Source: Lingula anatina
Lineage: Eukaryota; Animalia; Brachiopoda
Reading direction: 5' to 3'
NCBI GenBank assembly: GCA_051362555.1
Contig: CM120640.1
Location: 66,008,788 to 66,072,787 of the forward strand
DNA length: 64,000 nucleotides
Every line of letters begins with the position of its first letter. Position 1 is the stretch's first letter. Shown piece by piece: positions 13,201-41,924 of this stretch. The translations under genes were made by a program, and so were the position numbers. Under the pieces are notes generated by a model. That model was not told the DNA's origin, did not search any database, and saw only the letters and a list, made by a program, of their open reading frames with translations.

Positions 13201-16200
13201 TACAAGTTTGGACTAAAGTTGAATAACATTAATTTGTCATACATCGTTAAATGCTATCATCCTGTTAATCTTATCATTTATTTATCCATCAAGCTCTCTT
13301 TGTCAATTTGTTGTGTCATTTTTCCACTTCAGTGAATGACCAATGGTGACAGAGCAAATCTGTGATGAATAGTAACACATAATTCAAACCAGAGCAACAC
13401 GGCTGACTGGTAGAACTATTTCTGCTGGTAGACAGTCATTTTATACCTGCACAAAGAACTAAAATCATGGCTGCATTTTTTCCAGGTCAACTGAGTTGGG
13501 AAATTCTTTCATTTGGCTGGAAATTTCCATCTCCCAAGCAGTGGGTCCTTTTTTGTCAATGCTGACTTGATTGGGCAAGGAAATTACAAGAACTTTCTGA
13601 GAATAATCCACATTTAGTTCAGGAAAATTCAGGAAACAAGAATGAAATCAGGCAGAATTAGATCAACAGGAAAAGTCGATAATGTCCATCAGACTGTGCT
13701 TGCCTAATGAAACAGGCTCTGCCAAATAAGTTATATTAGCTAGTTGAATCTGCAGTTGACTTCAGTTTTTCTCAAAGGAGTGCAGTAATTCACCACTATA
13801 GGTGCATGGAAATATTCAACTTGTGCAAAAATACCTAATAATTAAGCAGATTTTCAAAAAAAAAAAAAAAAAGTTTTTTGTTAACATTTTTATTGGCAAA
13901 ATGGTAATTGGGAAATTATTTTTTTAAAATCTGATGTTTTTAAAACTCTGATGTCAACAACATACAATTTACTGCACATTCTTTGTGCAGCAGTTAGGGA
14001 TATTTTGCATTTAAGTCACAAAAACTGAATTTCTACTGAATATTTGTTTAATGGACTTATCTGTGAGAAGGATTAAACACAGTGGACCATATTTAGAATA
14101 AGTTGTAATCAAAATGAATGCCCTTGCTTTAGAATGTCAACCAGTATGGTTGTTAAAAATCCACGTTGGACAAGCTAGCCTGTTGCGAAGTAATGTGATG
14201 ATAGTTCCAACACTTGTATAAAATGGATTAACATTGCAAATTGTTGTGAATGATATCCATTTTTTTTAATGTTAGCATGCTTTATCTGCTGGAGGTGGTT
14301 AATGCCGAGTATCTGAGTAAAGTGAGTATCCACACTGACCAATGAAAGAGGTCAGTCTAAAGTTTTATTAGCAAACAGGATAATTCAAACCTATTATTTC
14401 TTTAAAGTTTGCCCATGGTGAAGGACTTTAATCCTCTGATATTTTTAATGCTGTTTGGGGGTTTAGCGAAATTTAAACAGATTTTAATATTTTTCTTCCA
14501 GAATGCACAGTCCCACGTGCAAGAAGACACACAGTAGAAATTAAAATCCATTCCTCACCCAATTTTTGTTAGTGTCAAAATACATTAGTATTGATATTTC
14601 GGAAGAATGGATTTGTACTTTTGTTAAATTTACCAGTTTGGTCTATATCTGAACCCTTGAGCCAGAGATCTAGAAAAAGCAGGGGGCCATTTTGATTAAA
14701 TGGAATTATCCATGGGAAGAAATTCAATGTATTGACTGCCTTCATTAAGTTTGAGTTTGCCATTAGCAATGAAAGTATTGAATTATTGATTTGTATATCC
14801 AAGAACAGATGTACAAGTTTTCAAATTCCCTACAGCCAAAGCTCTGATTAGACACACTGTTCCCTTAGCTTAATTTCATAGGCTTCAAATCTAATTTCTT
14901 GTCATGAATGATCAATTTTTTCAGTCTTTAATTCATTTGCCAAAGGACAAAAATGTGTGCCTTTTTTTTTCAATTTGTTCCGGCAAAATCCTGCAGCTAT
15001 ATTCATTAATGAGATATATAGTTTGGTTAACTCCCATGTTTTAAGGACAAAGAAAAAATGGTTCACATTGACCTAAATATGGTTGTTCAGGAACATTGAA
15101 TCTTTTCTTGCGTATTTTCTTGTGACGTACAATATTGTTTGTCAATATTTTTTTTACTAAAACAAGTAAAATTTGCAGTAGACCCTACTACTTGCAAGTG
15201 CTGTCTATTCAGATAAACCCCAAAGTCACTGAAAAGTTGAAATATCATGGAATCAGTTGCACTTTTCAAGGCACTTCCTCTTTGCAGACTTCTTGTTGGA
15301 CGTCATCATGTAAGTTGAGGCATCTTTTTCTCTTTGAAGATACAGAAAGAAGCTTTTCAATGTCCTTAAGCTTTCAGCAATTGATTTCTTTTTGAACTTG
15401 CCATACATTCAGAGTTAGGAACTGACTGTTTCAAAAAAACATCCAATAATAGAAGTCATTTTTCCCAATTAATAAGCATTGGTTTTTGTTAAGGGAAGTT
15501 TAATCAAATTTGAAGAGTTCCATTTTAAATTTTAAAACTCGTGATGTCTGTCCAATATTCTCTAAACAACAGTACATATGAGCAATTCTGGAACATAATC
15601 AGAATCATAATGGTCAAGTCTTTTTTTAATTAAGATCATAGTAAATTGGCCACTTCAACACTTCACAGGCAAAATACATTCTTAGTGTAGCACTTTTTTT
15701 TAATTGGTAAATCTCATAGCCGTGTGGATTACACACTTAAGAATAAATTGGGTCTCATGTCTGCAACTGGATTTGGATTTCTTTACCACACAAAGCACTT
15801 CCACAGCCCACCTCTAAAATTTACTATGATAGTACAAATATTCTAAATTAACGCAACGTCAAACAAAAATCCCAAATGAAATCAAACTCCCTAAATCAAA
15901 CAATTACTTCAATTGTCAACTTCTCAATTACTACGGCTTATCCCCCAATAAACTTGCCATCTGCATGCAACATTGCATGTTGGAGGTCAGCTTAATCTTC
16001 TTATGAGAAATAATTACTGCAGCAGGTAAAACTGTCATTTGCCACAGGTGACTGGGTACAAGGTCGTCTACGTCCGGGGAACACTGCTGCATGCTGTCAG
16101 TGAAGGAGAACCGTCCTTTTGAGAAGTGGGATAGATTACAAAGACATTGTTGACCTTGTAACATAGAAGTATATTGATGAATTTTTTTATTTAGTTGTTA

Positions 16201-16719
16201 TGAATAACCACCACACCAGAAAATGCTTAGATGTCCATTTAGTGCTTGTCCAACCTTAATTTGCTACTGGGCAGAATACACACGCTTCTCAAGGACTCCT
16301 TACATCAGGTTCAACTTAAACCTGGAACATTAGTCTTTATATCAAATAACTGAAGAAATGATCTGAAATATCTAAGAATTTTAAAGCTCTTGCAAAAGAA
16401 CCAGCCCTATGCGACTGAAATAATCAAATCTGACGATTTCCATTAGGACAATAATGATGTACTTTCAGCCATGGTTCTTATGCAAGATTATTTCTGTGAT
16501 CACTCAGTTGAGGATGTACATGTTATAGCTATGAGGAAGATCTTGTTCAACTCCGATGTTCTTAATTTTGCTTGACATGATGCAATCAACATTTCCATTG
16601 TGGCATTAATATGTTTGAAAAGATCTGGTGAAAATCCTAACTTTTTGTGAAAGCAGCTAGTGGACCTTTTGGATTTAATAAATTTCTTTTCAAATTATAT
16701 CTATGTTTAGGAAGAGTGA

Positions 16720-19700
16720 ACAAATCAGGGAATGAATTGTTTAATTTACACATCCTACATTTCAAATACGTCAAACATATTTTATTAAGCATGTCCATAA
16801 ATAATGCAGTTTTGTTTTATACCATATTAGTTAACGAAGCAGAAATGAATACAAATGTGCATAATAAGTCACATCCCAATCTGTTCACTGTGACAGCTGT
16901 TCAGGACTTTCATTGTATACTTCATTTACATTGAAATGAGCAGGATTCTATGTAGCTCAATTTTCATGATAATTCACATATCGATAACACGGCAACAATT
17001 AAGCCCAACAGAGTCCTGTTCATATCTTCAGAAGATTTATTCTATGATAGGTCTGACATGTAAAAGTACAAATATTGCGATACAACCAAACTACATAGGA
17101 AAGGACAATCAACAAACAGCTGATTATGTTATTGTGTATATGATTAATTAAGACTTTGGGGTTTCTCGTTACAATAACGTCATATTATGGCATCACCCTA
17201 TATGCATACCTGAATAACATCAAGGGATGATATCTGAGAGATAATGATCACAAAGGACTGTGCTTTGTCAGCCTGAAGCCAGTTAACGCTGGCAAGATAT
17301 GGCTTATACCATCACTTTGTCTAGCCTTGCCTGACCTTTCCTAGATTTCATGTAGCTCTGCCTATGTAAATTACAACCAAGATATAGCTAAAATTTTCAA
17401 TTAACATCTAATCAAGAACAAACATAGCCTTACAATAAACAGGAATTGTCAATGAATTGAACTGGAATGCTAAGAAAGTGTGAACAATTCAGAGTAAAAC
17501 AACTCACTCATGCAACAAAGAGAAGAAAACTGCTAAGAGCATGAATAATATCAATAACTACAATACTCTACAAATATAATAACACTAAAATACAATGCTG
17601 AACAAAGAAAACAAATTCAACTCAACAAATTTGGCCTTCAAACATCATAGATTCTAATTCTCAACTGTTCTACAAAGTGTAAATGGTAGATACTCAACTG
17701 GCCAAGATAAAGCAATGTTGTTTAAAACTAGGATGAACTCCCTAAAATGACGCCATACAATAATTACACAAAAATGTGCCCCACAGTTTTACCCCACCAA
17801 AATCAATTTTTCTTGTCCCCTTTCATCCAATTCGAGTATTTACCATCCAAGCTGGCCAAAGGAAAAAAATTGAAATTGAAGTTAAATGAGATTATACTAG
17901 ATGAAACATTTGTTTAGCCTGCAGAGAAAGCTCACTGCCCCTTCTACTTACTGAGATCCTGATAATGTGAGAATATCCTTTCAGCTTCACACAATACAAT
18001 AACTCTTTACTCTCAAATATTTTGATTATGCTTTTTATACATTTACATGATTTTGCCTTGTATATGAGAAGACTAAACTACAGTGGGTATACCTATATCA
18101 ATATCATGGTACAGCCTTTAAAAGCTGAAAATACCATTATATAACAGACACAAATAGTTCATAGAATAACATGTTGGGCCCTCTTCTAGTACCCAGTTTA
18201 GTTTTAACAACAGGTGTAAGAAACATTCATGTGTAATTCATAGATTCTTTTCTCTTGCATCTCAAAAAATTCCAGTAAAACCACTGGGTATTAAAATCTG
18301 CAATATCAGTAGAAAATGTCAAATACTGGCAATTCCAGGTGTACTTGGTGACTAACATGGAAACTGCATCACTAGGTGAGACAGTTCAACTTGAAGTCGA
18401 GTATTCTTGAACAAAACTGCCTATCACACATGTGGAAAGAATTGCCCACTTTCTGCAGTAATGGACAGCTCAAGAAATTTTATCTATGTTCTACTATTCT
18501 TCACTACTATCTTTGTCCATATTTCCTGGTTTAGAGTGCAAGGTATAAATACTGTATCTAAATGCATGCACTAGCTGACAATTCACTTAAATCTGTCTAA
18601 AATGGGTGTAAATGACAATAGGAATGTTAATTTTTTGGTACATAGTTCACAAAACGACGGGAGACCAACCAATGTAGTCCGTACAGACATTCGTTCAACA
18701 ACAAATAAACATCTCTCATCAACATCTTTACAATGTAACACTGTATATAGGGCAGCATATGTTGGTATCAAAAGTGGCTTTGCATCACATCAGTTCATAT
18801 TTGGCATTCTTGGGTTTTTTTAATGTCTATAATATATATACAAGTCTCAACAGTTCCAACAACTTGTGCGAAATATGTACCTTACCAACGTACATATTTG
18901 TTCCATAATATGCATGTCAATGGAAGAACTAGGAAACGCTGCTACTGCTGCAGAACAAATTATTCGTTGCTTGAAACCTTCTTGCCTTATACTGCAATTC
19001 AGCACATCAGCAGCCATATCATTGGTTGCTATGGTTACAAAATTAAGTAGTCGTCCACTTTGCCAAAGGTTTGTTTGGCAAACTTGGTTCACTTCTTGGA
19101 GATAGGTGATCGTACAACAAACTATCCCTCAAAAATTACCAAGAGTTTTAATACAGGGTTACCATGGCAATGAGAACGATGGTTCCCAGAGCTTCTTTTA
19201 ATAACACTTCATTACCATGGTAACCCCAAATGTGTCCATCCATCACATGCAAATTTAAAACTTCCCTACACTGGAACTGAAAATACTGAATACTACTTAA
19301 TGTTATTATGCTGCTGTCACTCAGAGGCATTCTTCTGCTCTTTTCCATGTCCTGGACCCAAACATAAACTTGGTCTCACGCGAATGTTCAAGAGAGAATA
19401 AAGGAAGCAAAAGGAAAAAAAAATTGTCAACTATTCTGCAATTACTGGGTAGAAGCAGCAAACCAAAGAAGTGTGGTGGCAGTTAGTATGTCAATACTGG
19501 TGTGGTGGTTCAACTCAATGTGGGATCAATAAATAGGAAAAGAAAATATAACAAGAAAATCAGGCAGTAATAAATGATGATGTTATAATGAATAGAATAA
19601 ATAATGAAACAATATGCAAATAAGTATAAAATAATAAGTAAACAAACACAGCAACAAAAGTGTACAGACAAATAAAACTTTAATTGCCTTTGATAAGTAG

Positions 19701-20383
19701 GGTGTGAAAACAAAAGATTGCCACGATCCACAATTTTTTTCCGACTTGTCGGAAATAACTTAAGTATATAATACTGGGAACAGACGAAATTTTCTAATCT
19801 ACTAATGTAGAATGCCTCTAGACAGCTGTCAACATGAACAACAAGTAAAACACTGTCTAAAAGTCAGACACGTCTAAGAAGGAAAGCGGGTTAATGCTGC
19901 TTGATAAAGTGTACAACATATACAAAATCCACAGATTGGATTCTAGTTAAATTAGTCCACATTACATGAACAAATAAATTACAGTTTAAATTACTCTGTC
20001 TTCACTTATATAGAACTGAGTTCATGTTGAACGTTTAAAATTTCTGCAACACAAATAAGATCTTTTACACACATAAGTAAAATGCTCGTTGATATTAAAT
20101 TTTCATGTGTGGATTAAAATCCTTCAGCAGATAAATGAAGTGCCACAGTGTCCTCCTCAATACAGTGCACAGTATTCTGATCTCCATCAACAGTTTTGAG
20201 TGCTTTTTGGCATAATCCTCCCCCCCAAGGGGAATGTCAATAGTCAACAACATGACTAGTCATCAACATGTTCAAAATGAGATTCTTCTCTCTCATCAGC
20301 TAAAGCTCTGTCTTTGATTGTTCTCAGCATAAGAAATGAAATATACATTTATATATAACATATGTATATAAAGTTCTGTCCAC
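16720..20383 (-). other. Putative long U/AU-rich ELAV 3' UTR with tandem poly(A) signals
   Basis: The minus strand is U-rich downstream of the stop. ATTAAA at 19679-84 (followed by a strongly U/GU-rich tract), 19197-202, 19147-52, 18819-24 and 16740-45; AATAAA at 16781-86. The distal end is inferred. Confidence 0.5.
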
Positions 20384-34873
<14,490 letters not shown>

Positions 34874-37800
34874 TTAAATTAACGTAAACAGTCTTAACAT
34901 TTTTTTAATGTTTACCTCACGTCCCATATTTTCAGGTTAAACGTGATAAGCCAGAAGTTGGGTAAGAGAAGAAATATCCACGACTCCAGTAGAGAACAGT
35001 TAAGAGTGTACAAACATGCACAGGGATCCCGGCCGTTTGCGTGGTTTGAGTCATAGCTGCTGGCATGGTTTGGTAATCCGTTTTGAGAAGGTAAACTACA
35101 CTCATGGAATCTCTGGGCCAGTTTAACTGAGTTGTAGGACCCACACTCGCCCCTGCTAGCCCCACATCTACACCGCTCTGCATTTTAATGCAATGTGACC
35201 ATCTGCTAGTTGTAAACCAATTTACCACATTAGAGGATCTGCCAATGAGGTGCTGGCAACCAGAATTTAATGTAGCCTACCAGAAAGGAAGGTTCACCAT
35301 CTGTTCCCAACAGCCACAGTAGGGTTAAAACTCTGTCTACCACCCATTGCAACCATTCTTAAACAATCCAAAGATATTGATTGGCATATTTCTGGAACTG
35401 GAGTTCCTTGCATCAGTGCATTGTGATGAGCAGCAGGGAAGCTCCTGGGGCTATGGACATTGATCTCTCACTATCAAACACAGCAAGAAATATTGGATAA
35501 GGGATTTCTTAGAGACTAGACCTATAAGACTGCTACCAAGGAGGCCTGCTCTTTTCTCACACTCCAATTATTACTGGTGCAGAAATACACTGATGTTCAA
35601 TTAACTGATCAGAGTTCTGTAGCAAAGAAGATAAGAAATTCCATTTACTTTGGACATAAGACTTGGGACCTAATATGGTAATTATAACAATCTTCATTAG
35701 GAAAAACCAGCTGTACCTTCTTCTTTATATTTCCCTAGTCACATATTGCCAAATAAGAAAAAAAAAAACCCATCAAACCTGCACCTACAGTTCAAACTGA
35801 AATATTTCCAGAATACTCTCTTGGGTTTCTACGATGTTATTTCATTTTTTTTTTTTTTTCAATTGTAAAGGTTTTTACTAAAAAATAATAAAAAGACCTT
35901 AAAATACAACATTTGATATCACCCCATGGAGTTGAAATATTGGCTGCCTAATATGAAGAGAAATGTTAGAGAGAAGCAAGGACATTGATGTGATTCACAA
36001 GGATTCAGTCAATTTGTAACTTTACATGGCCCATCAAAACAGACTTCCAGCTAAGAGAATGTTAAGTCTTTTGGAAATCACACCCTCACGTCTCTTCAAA
36101 TCAAACTCTCCCAATAGCTGGGATTTCACTCCACTGCCCACTAAATATTCTCTCGAATGACTTTCTATTTGATATAATCTGAATCTGTGGGCAATTTGGA
36201 ATTTTTGAAGAATAAGAAGCAAAAGAGCCATGCAGTATTGATCAATCAATTGATCTAAAACTTCATTTTAAAGCCACCAAATCAATAGTGTTCACAAAAC
36301 AACATCAGTGTGTGCTGTTATTGAATTTCTCCACCCATTCCTTTGACGTCATCTGCTTATTCTACTTCTTAATCAAACTTAATCAGGCAAATGTGAAACT
36401 GCCAGAAATGCAGTTACAGTGTTAGGCAATTTTAGTAATTGCCCTCACATCTGTGCAAGCACAATTCTTCCACTTCAACATGGAGAGTGGTCCTATTGAC
36501 ATCATCGGTTGAACATCTCTTCACTATTAAACTGTCATAAGAGGTGCTACATATGCTAAAATATTCACAATGGGCAGAGTTAGTTCATCAATAAAATGAT
36601 TTCCTGCTGAATATGATGTCTTATGCTGATAGCTCTGAATGGCGACTTAAGAATTATATACAGTATACCAGTTGAGTATACCAATTTTTCATCAAAAGAT
36701 TTATGAGAAAAAACACAAAATGAAACAGAAGTCTGAAGATGACTAAATATGTGGATTGACATACCAGTGGAAAGACAATTACCTTAGTAGATGATGCAGA
36801 TCTCATTACAGCAAACAGTCTTTACTTCTTGATAAATAATAAATAGGAGCCGCAGCAAGCTGTCAAGTAACATCTTAGACCCTCATGTAAAATGAGTTTC
36901 AGATGCAGTACAAAGCCATGATGGTATTATTATAACAATCTGCATTTCTAATTGCACAATTCAGCAATCTGCTTGTATGTAGAGAATTTCTTCGTCTATT
37001 TGTCTAATGGTCCACATACGCAATCAATACTAAAACCGACGGTTATGCAGTATTGATCTGTATGCATTAAAAGGGAAGAAAACCGCCAACAAACCTACAA
37101 AAATGCTAAGACCATTCCCTGCTTTTATTCCTCCAACTAATCTTAGGGAGACTAATTCAGTGTTATCCTTAATTAAATTCCATCTACTATAAATAATCTG
37201 AACAGCACAGCTATAAACTGTTAATGTGGATAATCAAATTATAAGCTCAATTCCACTGTAGCAGCCATCTGTGGGTCACATGCACAGAACATCTGCCTGA
37301 ATCAGACACCTTCATTTTTCTTACTTCAAAGTCATTCATAGTCATAGAAAAAGAGAATCATCTGCAAGATAATCAATACTCTGCAAAAAGGATCAACTTC
37401 TTTACAGTTCCCCAAGCAATAGAAAAGCCAGTTAATTATAATTTAAGTTATGAACATGTATTGACTATGGTACCTGATATACCATACACCAAGCCATGCT
37501 TAATGGCAATTTATCTTTCTCTTCCACCTTTTGTCATTATTTAACACGTGTAATACATGATCATGGGACACTCCTTAACACCCATTACCAAACTTTACTA
37601 TTTGCTAATCTAAACAAATGCTCTGTCTAGATTACATTTACCTTGAAGCAGGACCTTTAGAATCAGAGATAGGTTGGCCATCAAACAACAGTTTTGGTGC
37701 TTCAGCCCATTTGTTTATGTACCTGGGATTAGAAACATTTAGGTGCTGGATGCATAAACCTTTCACATCACATAGACATGCCCATCTATTTCTAGGAAGA

Positions 37801-39501
37801 TGAATACCACGAATTAAGTATGACATCATGCAGCAGTCACTTTCTATGGCACTTTCTTCAACACAAGATGCCTACTATTTTCATTTTATAAACACCACAA
37901 TACAGTGCCCAACAAAAAGGTTTTTTTTCCCAGAACTGCCTCTGTCATATACATACCTATACCACTACAGACCTTCAAAAGGAAAAATGCACTGGCACCG
38001 AATCATGCTCCAGGCAGATCCTTTTCTTATTAACCTTAAAAATATTTTCGGATATCTAAAATGCTGCCTTATATATTTGTATATATGTAAATATGCATAA
38101 TTTTTTACAAATGGTTTAAATTTACAGCTATTCCAATTTCCTGCTAAGCAGACCTCCCAAATGACAAAACCATATGTTTCAGGTCACAAGGTGTGAGAGG
38201 GGCATCACAACAGAATGACAGCTTAGATTAACAACTTCAAATAGACCTATACTTCCTAAAAAGGATATATTACGTTTGAAATTTCATCCAAGTACATAAA
38301 ATAAGTTCCTTAAATGTTATTTTTCAGTACTTTTTCACTTTGAAATTGCAAAAATACTGCAATGAAATACATAATCATTAATATATCAGTATATCTACTG
38401 TTATTCTATTTCCAAGCCAGCATGGAACATTTAGGCAATACAAGAACACTTAAGCAATTTAAGAGCTTTATCATAAATATGATTTACAAAAAAAAAAAAT
38501 AATAATAATCTACCTCTATAAACCACAGTATCATATTCATATCCACTGTACATTACCAGCCTTAACCTTAAACATATTAACATTCAAGTTTTACTTGACA
38601 GCTTAAGTGGGTGGAAATCCACCAAGCCTAATAAATGCAACCTAGATAATCAGGAACAATAAAATGCTATTGTCATCAGCCTAGCCAAACACTTAGCTTA
38701 ATTGACTTACTTGGATCACAATAATTTGGCCCTGAAGAATAATACAACATAATACTACCTACCAAAGCAAGGTTACATATGTCGGAGGCCAACTGAAGCC
38801 AGCTATGCTATGAGCTCTCCAATATTTCACTGTATGTTAATTGTCTTGGCTCTAAATAATTGATGATCTTCTGAATATTTGATATTTGCAGGCCTATATT
38901 GACATGGAGGCCTGTTATTGAATTTGTTATTTCTTGGACTATAAAGCGCTTACCGCCAATTTACAAAGAATACAAGACAGCTCACTGAAGTATACTGCAC
39001 AATGGCCTTTGTGCTACCGTTGGGATATCCGAGCCACCAAATTGTTCAAGCAAGCCTGGTTTGGTTAATTTTAGACACTGGTTACACGAAGCTGTCAAAC
39101 TGACGACAAACCTTGGTATTTTCATAGATAAGCATTTAACACTACACCTTTAACTGTGTTAAGACCAATTTTCAAACAAATTATGTGATATATGCATTAA
39201 GGACAGCTTAAAGGTGGGACCAACTGCATCATCAAAATGAATATTTTAAGCAACAATATTAAACACTGCCTACTATCACTGTACTAAATGGCATGCACAG
39301 TAGTCCAGACAGCCCACGATCAGAATTCTGTACAACTGAAATCAATCAATTAACACGTTTACACCTTCCACGGGCCAGAGCAGGAAATAAGCCATTGAAT
39401 AGGCAACAGGGATAAGCCGTACTAAACATAAGAAATTAAATGAAAATAAATATTAAGATAACATATTCACAAATAACATAAAAACAAAAGAACTACAATA
39501 C

Positions 39502-39510
39502 CTGCATCAT
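39502..39510 (-). CDS. elav: Candidate ELAV alternative first exon, coding part ATG ATG CAG (MMQ)
   Basis: tttccATGATGCAG|gtattg is a phase-0 donor matching the phase-0 acceptor at 34837. CCAAT, YY1-like and GC-box motifs lie ~200 nt upstream. Confidence 0.55.
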
Positions 39511-39699
39511 GGAAACTTAAAAAGCACGTCAAAAAATAAGCCTGGCTGGCAAAGAAAGCAGTACACAATGGTGTATATGTAGCCACGTGCAGTTCGTGTG
39601 CACAGATGTGAGGAGTCTGTCAGAATGACACATAAATACAAGCCAAGGGAGCTCAAATAACCTTGCCTGCTTCTTTGTTTGAGAAGTGGAAACCTTGAA

Positions 39700-39740
39700 T
39701 TAACCAATCAGCAGCCATCTTTTCATACCCGCCCCTTTGA
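39700..39740 (-). promoter_or_regulatory. Candidate proximal ELAV promoter (CCAAT box, YY1-like AAGATGGCTGC, GC box CCCGCCCC)
   Basis: Plus strand taaCCAATcagcaGCCATCTTttcataCCCGCCCCttt: three promoter motifs within 40 bp, upstream of the MMQ exon. Confidence 0.45.
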
Positions 39741-41924
39741 CAACAATCTCAGGAGGTTTAGAAATGAGCCATCATGTCAGAACAAAAGGGGGAGACAGAC
39801 TGTCAGCAATTTTAAAGCATTCAGCTTAACCATGGCATTGTGAGTGAAGAACAAAACTTTGAAATGCGGCAAATTTTCTATCAGTTCAATTGACCACGCT
39901 GCTTCATTTGTTTTGAGAATAGATGTAGTTTGATGACAAAACAGATCAATAAGCCCACAAATGTAAACTCCATAATGAGCCTGCCTTCTGATCGATCATG
40001 GGGCAACTTTGACCAGAGTTAGTCAATTTTCCTCTCTTTCTTTCACACGGAATAATGTTTAGACAGTAGAATGACAACTAGGACTTATGGGCAACTCTCA
40101 CACCAAGTTCCCTTGCATACAGCACCAAAGAGGTTTTATTCCTCTGCAGCAGAACTATTGATCATTATTGATTATAAAGCTCTCCTTCAGCAAAAACACT
40201 ATTTCTGGGATTTTGGTAATGAATACAGAAAATTGCAAATTTATCTGCGGGTTGCAGGCAGACCAGAGGAGAAGTCATCAATTTCTTTTCTTTAAATCCC
40301 AAAAGGGCCATTCAATGCCCTTGAGAACAGTCAATGAAATGTCAAAACCACGCCAACTGCCAGACCAAATGGGAAAACAATTTCCAGGAGAGTCAGGCCT
40401 ACTTTTTGAAACAACAAACTGTAATTTCTGGCTGATGGCTTACATCAACTACAAGATATTGTGTTTTCATTCTCTCAACATTATCTGAAATTTTCTGCAT
40501 GTCCAAACTTCTCCCAAGAGCATCTGATATGGAATCTTCATTACCAACAGTCTTATGTCGGTGAGCTCCATAGGCTGTGTAGCGTGGTCTGTTATTAAAG
40601 TACTAGGTTGCTCTTGCTCAGAGTTCTCGCTGCAAAAGTTTTTCAATTTCTTGTTTATAGTGTATGAATTTGACATCATATATTTATATTTAAGTATTTA
40701 AAACTATTCATTAAACTCAATCTCAGTATGCAAAACAGACATTTTTAAATAAACCATCTTAAATCCAGTTTACCCTATCATTTAGGTAGAAAAATGTATT
40801 GTTCTTGAGGAAACAATGTAACTTCAAATTATACCGTCCCTTCAACAAATATTAAAATTAATTTAATTATTAATTACAAATGTAAAAATATCCTCAATAT
40901 TTGGATTTCCTTTCTCAAAACAGATATTTGGTTTTTCAATGTAACTCCCAAACTCCCTCTATACGATTCTTTTCTTTTTTCCAACCTTGCACCTGACAAT
41001 TAATTGTATAGAGCACTCAGATTAAATGTGGAAAACTACTGTGTCAGTGCACTAACCTAAGATGAGATATTAATGCTGTCAGGACAAGACAGACCCGTGT
41101 TAACAATAATGTAAATTGTTGATATGTCTGTGGATGTACTGACTTTCCACTATGTAATAAAAATAAAAATATATTCTAGGAGAACAATTTCATTTGTCAA
41201 TTTTCATATTTAGACACTATGCTGCCCAAGCTGTAGGCCTTGGCTGATTGTCCACATGTCAACCAGTGCAAAAAATTGTAGTGGCAATACTGTTAATCAT
41301 ATTAATGAAGGATTTGTAGCACCTACTTTCAAAATTGTAATTTACCAATCCCCACAACATAAACATAAATGGCAAAAACTACAATTTGGAGTTAAAAATT
41401 AAACATTCATTGGAGAAATTTCAAGCCTTTGGAAATGCTAAATGCACTGCTTTAAAATGTCAGTCGATACTATTTTACAAAATTATAATTTGTATCAGTT
41501 TTTCAGTAAATTAGTAATAAACAACATTCAAGGCGCACTCCTATTTCATTTCAAATATTATAATTCATGAATGGATGAGATATTACAGGTATAATATACT
41601 TCCATTTGTCCGTCAGGTATAACGCACATGTTGAAGGGGGTGTGTATCCGTTTACCACGGCACGAGCGAGCTGTCAAAACAGCGTACTGTTAACAAAAGC
41701 CGTACAAAGGCGGTCCCTCCGTCTAACAGACCCGAGTACCAATTTTTGACCACGTGAATGAAAGCACTAATCTTTTCAAATGCTGCGTGGTTTAAAACTT
41801 CACAAATATAGGTTCAATCTAAGCGACACACATCTGCCCACTTGTAACTCAATGTGACAGCAAAAAATCGAATTTTATATAATGTAACGTATACTATAAT
41901 TTCTGAAAACACGTGTCAACTTAC

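Noticed and set aside
19156-19226. SECIS interpretation of the 3' UTR hairpin (AUGA...AAAA)
   Set aside because: AUGA is Watson-Crick paired with no opposing GA quartet, and ELAV has no in-frame UGA.
1-19800. Numerous 60-120 aa ORFs in the supplied track outside the called genes
   Set aside because: Low-complexity F/L/I/K-rich translations typical of random AT-rich non-coding DNA; no motifs.
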